Part shown: positions 39,026 through 45,749 of the stretch, piece after piece
How the letters are laid out: every line of letters starts with the position of its first letter
Position numbering within the stretch: the stretch's first letter is position 1
Source: Basidiobolus meristosporus CBS 931.73
Lineage: Eukaryota > Fungi > Basidiobolomycota
DNA length: 45,749 bases
Assembly: GCA_002104905.1 (NCBI GenBank)
Contig: MCFE01000685.1
Span: forward strand, 1-45,749
Direction: 5' to 3'
The notes under the pieces: generated by a model
The model's input: only the letters and a program-made list of their open reading frames with translations
What the model was told of the DNA's origin: nothing
Database searches by the model: none
Program-made: the position numbers and the translations under genes

Positions 39026-39628
39026 GGGGGGGGGAGACAGTCACCAACAGGTGAAATCTTTATTTCAGTTGAAACAAAGAAGCCAGCGCTACTGTTGTAG
39101 CTTTGATACAAGAGTGTGTAGCTGAGGGGAATTTGTAGGTAAGTTAATAAGAAGTGATGATAGTTCTTCAGTGCTCAAGACACTGTTCAGTGGGAAGGGG
39201 GGTAGCAAGAGAGGTAAGAATGACTTGTGAACAACATTAATGAGGGGAATGTGATAAGGATTGATATTCATCATAAAGGGAGTGTGCTGCTGCAGATATT
39301 GCTGCCAAAGGTCTGTCAAGTACTTCAGGTAGGCCAGCTTGGGTTTTTCTGACTGCAGAATATAGTGAGCAAACTTCTTGACTTCAGGATCTCCAAGTAT
39401 AGTTCTCCAGCAGGAGTCAGGTGTAGTGTGGTGTGTTCTCTTCCAGGCCTTAATCAGTGGGTTGTTGCAGTTGTGAAGTCTGAGGTATAATCTGGTTCTA
39501 AGGTAGAGAAGTCTGATCTTATAGGGCATAAACCCAAAAGCACCAAGAATAGCATGTCTGTAGGGGCATTCAGGCAAATGAGGCACCAAGGAGGTAATGC
39601 ACCATACTGCAAACTTGTCAAGCTTAGT
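39026..39628 (-). mobile_element. Telomeric retroelement unit A: 5'-truncated 3' end of an RT-encoding non-LTR element
   Basis: The frame is open from the telomeric junction (TKLDKFAVWC...GFMPYKIRLLYLRTRLYLRLHNCNNPL). It is collinear with the post-RT region of the adjacent ORF2 (TKLQ...GIEAVPIRFETLGIRF...NNPL). The unit ends in AATAAA, a TCACC-N4-GGTGA hairpin and a C9 run. Confidence 0.7.
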
Positions 39629-39643
39629 GGGTTAGGGTTAGGG
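39629..39643 (+). repeat. Interstitial telomeric repeat GGG(TTAGGG)2 between units A and B
   Basis: Read directly at the junction ...cttagt GGGTTAGGGTTAGGG gtctaaa.... Confidence 0.95.
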
Positions 39644-39870
39644 GTCTAAATTCTTTTATTGAATCTGATCAAGTATAGTAATACTATTTCAACTTGATTC
39701 AAGTTGAAAAGTGCATATTGTATAAAGAAGATATATCTATAGTAATGTGAAGGTAAAATACTGCTCAAGTTGAGTTGAGTTCTGGAAAGAAATTTGTCAA
39801 CAAATCAGGCTAGAAAATGAAGTAAAGCTGGGAGTTATTTGAAAGCAAAGCACTAAGGGAAAGTGTAGAG

Positions 39871-42800
39871 CTACACTACCACTTCCTGAAAGGCAGGGAT
39901 CTCACAGGAAGGCAGAAGCTCAGGTCTAATTGCAGATATGATAGCAGAAAGTCTCTGGATGAGCTCCCTTTGTTTGTGAAATTGGAACAAAGATTGGGTA
40001 TCTTTGAACCCAAAGCAGCTCTCTACATGAGAGAAGTAAAAATACCTGCTACAGTAGGGGCACTTGGAACCCAAGCAAAGTGTGTTCATTCTCCACCTTA
40101 TGGCCTGGAAGGCAAAGAAGGAACTCCTGATGTAAAGGGATATGTCTGCTCCACTATGGGAATGTCTACTCTCATGAGAAATAAGTCCAACTCTGTCTTT
40201 TGAGCTAGTAACTCTGGAGATATTCTCCCGCTTCCTTTTATGCATTGCTACAGAGAGAGGAATATGCTCTCTAGGTGGCTTGGCACTGTTGGAGGCCAGA
40301 TAATCTCTATAACCATCAGGAAAGTGTATCTTCTTTCTCACCAATGACTTTGGGGTGGCTTGGACTAAGTTGTTGGTAATCTTATTGACTAAGATCTTCA
40401 AAGGATTATTGGGTGATGCTTTTGCATAGTGCTGCCCAAATCTGATACCTAAAGTCTCAAATCTGATTGGCACAGCCTCAATACCAGTCAGACTATGTAT
40501 AAGCCTCTGATATTGCCTAGAATGGTAGTCAGAAGCATTGACTACCCAGCCAATAGCTTCTTGCTGCAGAGCTTGTAGCTTGGTAATGAGGTCAGGATCA
40601 GCAACCAAACATATCATAGGAGTAGCATACTCCCAAGATGACCTCACAAAGGCCTTGAATAGCTGTAGCCTAATCAGAGGATGCCATCTGGCCCCTTTGA
40701 GCTGTAGGAATCTCAAAGTGGCAGAAGCCCTTTGAATACACTTTTCAGTGTAAGCTGCCCAAGAAATACCACTTTGACAAGTTGGGAGTCCAAGGTAGCT
40801 GTAAGAGGAAGGTTGAGGCAGAAGGGAGTTATTGAAGGAAATATTCCACTCTGGTGTGGGACCAATGTATGCTGATTTAGCAGTGTTTACCTCCATACCA
40901 TTGGCAGTACACCATTGGCTGACTTTACTCAGCAAACAATTAGCTTCTGAGAGACTCCTAGGCAGCAATTGGATGTCATCAGCAAATAACAGTGCAGAGG
41001 GCACAGCAGCTCCTGAGTCATTGAAGCAGAGACTTTGAGCCAGGTCATCAATATAGATATTGAACAGGATTGGTGAAAGCAAAGATCCCTGGAATAGCCC
41101 CCTGAGCCTGGGAAATGGAGATGATATCACACCATTAACACTAATGGTGGAATAGCAGGCTGAGAAGAGTGAGTGTACAATCCTAAGAAGCTGACTGGAT
41201 ACATTCTGGTTCTTTAGCTTCTTCAGGAGTATTGGGATCACTACCCTATCATATGCTTGCTTCAGGTCAATAAAGATTCTGTGTTTTCTTTCTTCATGAC
41301 CTGATAGGTAAAAAGCATCATGAGATACAACTGAATGTGTTGCAGTAGAGTAGCCACCCCTGAAGCCAGCTTGTGCAGGATGAAACTGGGCCAAGGGGGA
41401 GTCCTTCAAGTGGTTGAGGAGGCAGGCCTCAAATATTCTTCTAAGCATTGGTGTCAAGGCAATAGGCCTGAAGTTGTCAATGGTTGAGGAAGTGGACTTC
41501 TTTGGCAAAGGGTGAATGTGAGAGAGATTCCACTGTGAAGGGGTAAACCCTAGCCTGAGGCAATGATGAAAGAAAATCTTCAAATCATCTATGAAAGCTG
41601 GATTTCTAGCCAAAACCTTGAGAATGCATATATGAAGAGGGTCCAGACCAGCAGACTTGGAAGAGGGATACTTGCTGATTGCAAGAAGAAGAGACTTGGC
41701 AGTGAACCATTGACTATCAGAGAGGGTGTCTTGCATGAAAGTCCCAAATGCTGGAACCCAGCCATCTTTAAGGCAATGAGCAGGTGGGTATGCAAATACT
41801 TCTTGAAAGTAATTGTATGCATCATCCACAGCAGAGATACCAGGATCTCTGGAACTGATTATTACTTCTGCCTGAGTTACCCTTTGAGCTTGCTTGAATA
41901 TCACAGCAGCCTGCTGGGCAGCTGAGGCAGAGTGAAGTCTCCAAAGGGGGTCACTTCTCCTAGGACCAGATTTGGCAGCATGAACTGAGTAAGTTCCCAG
42001 GTACTCCTCACATATGACCAATACCAGGGAGTGGAATGCAGTATAGGCAGCATCAATAGCAGCAGAGATGGTTCCTATAGGAGAACAGGATGTAAGCTCT
42101 TCTAGATGTCTCCAGGCAGTTTGCAGTATAGGAGACTCCAAAGAGTAATGGCTGCTAATGAGTGACTGAACCATAGGCTTCTCTAGTGGCTGAAGATGCA
42201 GCTTGACTGAGTCAGAAGAAGAGAAATTCTGGGTGTTAGAGGAAGAGTAGGCCATTGACATCACAGCAGCCATAAATATATGGTCAGACTGGTCACACAT
42301 AACATCAGACTGGAAGTACCAATGAGCCATTGTGTTGTATCTGACAAAAGCATGATCAGGAGTGCTTCCCAGTGGGATGGGGGGGAGGTGCTCCATACCA
42401 AGTCTTAGAAGAAGACTCTCAAACAAGTCTATTCTACTCCTTGGTCCAACCTTCTTGGAGCCAAAGAGTCTACCAAAGTGAGTGTTGATATCACCAAAGA
42501 GCAGAGTGGGAGGCTGAGTGGGCAGGAATGAGGCAATATCCTGACAGGACATTGAGGGAGGGAAGTAGACAGTCATTAGGCTGACTGACATCAGAGTTAC
42601 ACATATTGTATATTCAGTGCAGGAGACCATGGATATCATTGGCCTCAGATGTGGTGATACTAGACAGATCAGTCCAGCCTTCTCATGACCTGTTATGATT
42701 GGGTTAGGGACAATCCTGTTAGGGCCAATCCTTTTGGAGGTGGCTAGGAAGTATGAGTGTGATGAGTGCAGAGCTTGATCAACAAACCAAGTTTCAGCCA

Positions 42801-42918
42801 GGAAAATTATGTCATATCTATTATTTTTGATTAGGTCAGTGACACCAGACCACTTGTGAAAGCTTAATCCTTGGCAATTCCAGTAGCCAATCTTCAGGGG
42901 CTGGGTAGATGTCATCAT
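39871..42918 (-). CDS. LINE ORF2: AP-like endonuclease + reverse transcriptase + C-terminal CCHC knuckle (1015 aa)
   Basis: EN motifs: YWNCQGL, LAETW, VYFPP, GDINTH, TPDH, SDH. RT motifs: NFRPIAL, QAGFR, FIDLKQAYDRV, GLFQGSLLSPILFNIY, FADD, YSYLG. Knuckle: CPYC..HVESC. Confidence 0.95.
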   Translation of the reverse strand: MMTSTQPLKIGYWNCQGLSFHKWSGVTDLIKNNRYDIIFLAETWFVDQALHSSHSYFLATSKRIGPNRIVPNPIITGHEKAGLICLVSPHLRPMISMVSCTEYTICVTLMSVSLMTVYFPPSMSCQDIASFLPTQPPTLLFGDINTHFGRLFGSKKVGPRSRIDLFESLLLRLGMEHLPPIPLGSTPDHAFVRYNTMAHWYFQSDVMCDQSDHIFMAAVMSMAYSSSNTQNFSSSDSVKLHLQPLEKPMVQSLISSHYSLESPILQTAWRHLEELTSCSPIGTISAAIDAAYTAFHSLVLVICEEYLGTYSVHAAKSGPRRSDPLWRLHSASAAQQAAVIFKQAQRVTQAEVIISSRDPGISAVDDAYNYFQEVFAYPPAHCLKDGWVPAFGTFMQDTLSDSQWFTAKSLLLAISKYPSSKSAGLDPLHICILKVLARNPAFIDDLKIFFHHCLRLGFTPSQWNLSHIHPLPKKSTSSTIDNFRPIALTPMLRRIFEACLLNHLKDSPLAQFHPAQAGFRGGYSTATHSVVSHDAFYLSGHEERKHRIFIDLKQAYDRVVIPILLKKLKNQNVSSQLLRIVHSLFSACYSTISVNGVISSPFPRLRGLFQGSLLSPILFNIYIDDLAQSLCFNDSGAAVPSALLFADDIQLLPRSLSEANCLLSKVSQWCTANGMEVNTAKSAYIGPTPEWNISFNNSLLPQPSSYSYLGLPTCQSGISWAAYTEKCIQRASATLRFLQLKGARWHPLIRLQLFKAFVRSSWEYATPMICLVADPDLITKLQALQQEAIGWVVNASDYHSRQYQRLIHSLTGIEAVPIRFETLGIRFGQHYAKASPNNPLKILVNKITNNLVQATPKSLVRKKIHFPDGYRDYLASNSAKPPREHIPLSVAMHKRKRENISRVTSSKDRVGLISHESRHSHSGADISLYIRSSFFAFQAIRWRMNTLCLGSKCPYCSRYFYFSHVESCFGFKDTQSLFQFHKQRELIQRLSAIISAIRPELLPSCEIPAFQEVVV

Positions 42919-44419
42919 TGATGAGTAGTGGGAGCTGACTGAGAATGATGCTGATCATCAGCTACTGAGACAGGGTCAGGTAAGGGATCAGGCTCATGTT
43001 CATGATCTAAACTAATCATGATCTCATCAGGATTTGCTGAGGTGGTAATGGTTGATTCATTGGTGATAATTGGGAAGCCAGTCTCCTTAGCCAAATCAGT
43101 CAGGTAAGACTTGTATGTGTCTCTGTTTGACATGTTGTAAGACTGCTGCAGTCTTCTTGCATATGCAGCCTTCACTTGCTCAGCCACAATGGGAGTGGCT
43201 TCAGGGTCCAAGGGCTTGGAAGGATCTACCTTGCCAAGTAGTTTGAGAAAGGGGTATTTCTTCACTTTAGCAATGAATGAGTAAGCATACTCAGTAGAGA
43301 GAGTGAACTCTAAAGTATTTCTTCCTATGAAGTTGATACTCCATATCTTGGATAGTTGAAATCTGAATTCAAAGAGGATAGATTTCACCTGCCTTATTGG
43401 TTGATGCCTAATACCTTGAAGGTACATCCTACAGACTTTGTGGTTGACCTCTGCCTTTGTGCTGGTAAAGGGAGGCTTTGCACCAACACAAAGTCTCATA
43501 GCAGCAGTCAGTCTGTTGATTTCTTCTTTGGAGCCAGTCTTGGCATTTTTCTTTGCTATTTCAGCAAAGGTAGGTCTTCTGTATGGCTGAGTTGCTGGTT
43601 GGGAAGTGACTCTGCTTGGTGTGGGTTACTCTGGGTGGTTTGGACTAGGTTTGTACTGGAGCCACTGTGAGGAGAAGCTATATTGGTCCCAGATTGCCTA
43701 GTCAAAGGAGACTCCATTGGTGCTACTGTAGGCTTTCCTGAATCATGAAGGATGGCACTAAGTTGGACTTGTTGATTTTTGACAATACTCTTGAGCTCTT
43801 GCACTTCTTTCTGTTGCTCAAGAAGATGCTCCATGATTGTTGTTAACTTGGTGAGTCTGGAGTCCAAGATGGAACAGGTCTCTCTCAGAAGACTTAAGCT
43901 TTGCTCCACTTGTGAGCTAGCTTCTTCAGAAGGAGATGGTTGAAGTTGAGTTGGAGAAGACATATGTTGCTGAGGAAGATTATCCAGAGAGGAAGTTGAT
44001 TGTAAGGAAGAAGAGTTTGACCTTCTCCTCTTTTGTACACTTGCAGTTGTATCAAGGGAACCTCCAGAAGGCTGTTCCAGTGCAAGCAAAGACTCATGAA
44101 AGACTGATAGCTGAGGGGTCTCCATGGGATCAGAATCAGAGTTATTCAGTGGTAGGGACTTGTCAGAAGAGAGTAAGGGAGCAGTGGGAAGCTGTGAAGC
44201 AAGCTGGCCAAGACATTGTGTCCAAAAGTGAGAAGCCTTGTATTTGGTAGAGCATTGCTTGCACTTGAAGCAACCATAGGTTCCTCTACCAGACCCATTT
44301 GAGTCTTTGGTAAATGCTGCACCTGGTCCAGCACCACACTTGGGGTAAGAAGCCAGAGTTTTATCAGAGTTGTATGTTTCCAATACAGTTTTGGCAGGCT
44401 CTTCTAGCCAATACCACCC
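42915..44419 (-). CDS. LINE ORF1 (gag-like): degenerate Zn-ribbon, coiled coil, RRM-like C-terminal domain; one frameshift near 43560-43625 and no ATG
   Basis: Contains YPKCG..KDSNG...CFKCKQC and the heptads LTKLTTIMEHLLEQQKEVQELKSIV. The frame of ORF 42915-43499 is open back to about 43625 and contains PTFAEIAKK. The upstream frame is open to the telomeric junction. Confidence 0.75.
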
Positions 44420-44435
44420 TTAGGGTTAGGGGGGG
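44420..44435 (+). repeat. Interstitial telomeric repeat (TTAGGG)2 + G run between units B and C
   Basis: Reads ...ccaccc TTAGGGTTAGGG GGGG atgatc... directly. Confidence 0.95.
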
Positions 44436-44521
44436 ATGATCATCACCAAAGGGTGAAATCTTTATTTAAATAATAAATAAAGAAGCCAAGTTTGAATATG
44501 AATATCTGAGATGCAGGAAGC

Positions 44522-45322
44522 CTACAAGATAAACTTGGACTTTGCTGTATCCCAAATATCCTCAATATCAAAGTCTAGAGGAGAGTGTAGCAAGACTGCT
44601 TGTTCACTGTAGTATTTCTTGAGGAAGTTTGTGACTTGAAGGGAAGGAGAGTTTTTCAACAAGCTGGTAAATCTTTTGAGGAGTTCTTTTTCCAGAGAGA
44701 ATGGCACAAAGAGTGGAATGTCCAAATGATGTCTGAATATATGCTCTGAGAGCTCCCAATCCAGCATATTTATGACTTCTTCTGTAAAATCTTCAACAAT
44801 ATCTTTGTCAAGAATAACTTCCAAGAGATCCCTGGCAATGTACTGAATGTTAATAATCTTGGGCATATGAATACCTAGGTCCTTGAGGTAGTTTCTTTGT
44901 TCTGATATTGGGAGATATCCTGCATTTCTGAAATAGCAAACAGCCCAGTTGGCAGTAGGAGGAGTATCAGGGCTGACAGGGAATCTTCTTCTAGCTTTAG
45001 AGTGCACTGGCTTAGGAGACTGTCTTGATGCAAGGGCAGCTGGTTTTGGATGAGCTTGAAGTGCTTGGGAGTAGGTCTGAGTACAAGTAGTAGAAGTTCC
45101 TGGTTGCTGAGAATTTTCAGATTGACTGGATGTAGAGCTAATTGAGGGGTTGCAAGGTAAGGAAGAAGCTGAAAGAGAAGTGGAGAGGGCTGGGTGAAGT
45201 TCAGAAAGAGTTTTGAAAAGAATTTGGATCTGAGATTTCAACATTGAGTTTTCAGCTTCAAGAAGAGAAACTCTTTGTTCAAGGTAAGAAGTCTGTAAAG
45301 AGTGAAAGTTGGGTAAAGACAT
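44522..45322 (-). CDS. Gag/ORF1-like protein (266 aa): coiled coil, Ser/Pro linker, RRM-like domain homologous to unit B ORF1
   Basis: Coiled coil LEQRVSLLEAENSMLKSQIQIL and motif TYSQAL. CYFRNAGYLPISEQRNYLKDLGIHMPKIINIQYIARDLLEVIL aligns without gaps to MYLQGIRHQPIRQVKSILFEFRFQLSKIWSINFIGRNTLEFTL. Confidence 0.75.
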   Translation of the reverse strand: MSLPNFHSLQTSYLEQRVSLLEAENSMLKSQIQILFKTLSELHPALSTSLSASSLPCNPSISSTSSQSENSQQPGTSTTCTQTYSQALQAHPKPAALASRQSPKPVHSKARRRFPVSPDTPPTANWAVCYFRNAGYLPISEQRNYLKDLGIHMPKIINIQYIARDLLEVILDKDIVEDFTEEVINMLDWELSEHIFRHHLDIPLFVPFSLEKELLKRFTSLLKNSPSLQVTNFLKKYYSEQAVLLHSPLDFDIEDIWDTAKSKFIL

Positions 45323-45366
45323 GGAAGTAGTAAATAAGAAGAAAGGAGTAGTTGGGGTGGGAGGGT

Positions 45367-45557
45367 GGGAAAATAGGTAAGAAGAAACAAGAGGAAAGAT
45401 CTGAAATTTAAAATCTCAGAATTTATAGATGGATGGACAAGGGTAGAGGATAGATTAATCCAGGGTTAGGGAAAAATAGGTAAGAAGAAACAAGAGGAAA
45501 GATCTGAAATTGAAAATCTCAGAATTTATAGATGGATGGACAAGGGTAGAGGATAGA
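45367..45557 (+). repeat. Direct repeat of about 88 bp (45367-45454 and 45469-45557) separated by ATTAATCC plus one telomeric unit
   Basis: Both copies read GGGAAAA(A)TAGGTAAGAAG...GGTAGAGGATAGA, differing by one extra A and one T/G substitution. Confidence 0.95.
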
Positions 45558-45749
45558 GGGTTAGGGTTAGGGTTAGGGTTAGGGTTAGGGTTAGGGTTAG
45601 GGTTAGGGTTAGGGTTAGGGTTAGGGTTAGGGTTAGGGTTAGGGTTAGGGTTAGGGTTAGGGTTAGGGTTAGGGTTAGGGTTAGGGTTAGGGTTAGGGTT
45701 AGGGTTAGGGTTAGGGTTAGGGTTAGGTTAGGGTTAGGGTTAGGGTTAG
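45558..45749 (+). repeat. Terminal telomere (TTAGGG)n, about 31 units, one TTAGG variant near 45723
   Basis: The tandem repeat runs to the window end with the G-rich strand 5'->3' toward the end, as expected for a right chromosome tip. Confidence 0.99.

Larger units (their letters stand above)
39644..44419 (-). mobile_element. Telomeric retroelement unit B: APE-type non-LTR retrotransposon (ORF1 + ORF2), 5'-truncated within ORF1
   Basis: Bounded by TTAGGG remnants on both sides. It carries ORF1 (44419-42915, one frameshift), an intact ORF2 and a roughly 225-nt 3' UTR with AATAAA about 10 nt before the CCCTAA repeats. Confidence 0.92.
44432..45557 (-). mobile_element. Telomeric retroelement unit C: non-autonomous gag/ORF1-only element
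   Basis: A single ORF with an ATG, then about 90 nt of 3' UTR ending in the same AATAAA-hairpin-C-run as unit A. There is no RT or EN. It is flanked by telomeric repeats on both sides. Confidence 0.8.

Noticed and set aside
42701-42724. GGGTTAGGG and GTTAGGG inside ORF2
   Set aside because: They lie in frame within the open endonuclease coding sequence with no junction features, so they are probably chance.
45723-45727. TTAGG variant in the telomere
   Set aside because: A single unit near a contig end could be a sequencing error or telomerase slippage, and is not informative alone.
45510-45731. ORF ending in (GL)n
   Set aside because: It is the translation of the telomeric repeat.
1-45749. 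tRNA, rRNA or CRISPR arrays
   Set aside because: No cloverleaf with a T-loop consensus, rRNA signature or repeat-spacer array was found by eye.

Overview
This is the right end of a eukaryotic (fungal) chromosome, finishing in a (TTAGGG)n telomere. Short GT-AG introns, the gene set and a Git3/cAMP-receptor-like GPCR suggest an early-diverging fungus, but the taxon cannot be proven from the sequence. The proximal 38 kb hold a truncated Ty1/copia element (LTR, Ty5-type PBS, inverted LTR copy, solo LTR) and about 12 ordinary genes: two PL14 lyases, BLI-3, an IQ-motif protein, RVS167, an SCPx-type thiolase, a group I G-alpha, a DYRK kinase, a CE4 deacetylase, an F-box/LRR protein, a GPCR and a Gti1/Pac2 factor. 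Several possible decayed gene relics lie between them. The main finding is the last 6.7 kb: a head-to-tail array of three non-LTR retroelement units, all with 5' ends toward the tip, separated by short TTAGGG remnants and lacking poly(A) tails. The units are (A) a 5'-truncated RT-type fragment, (B) an APE+RT LINE with ORF1, and (C) a gag/ORF1-only element. Unit C shares a 3' AATAAA+hairpin+C-run end with unit A, and its protein is homologous to the LINE's ORF1. This resembles the Drosophila HeT-A/TAHRE/TART arrangement but coexists with telomerase-type repeats. The array is almost free of CpG (2 sites found by eye) while its ORFs stay largely open.
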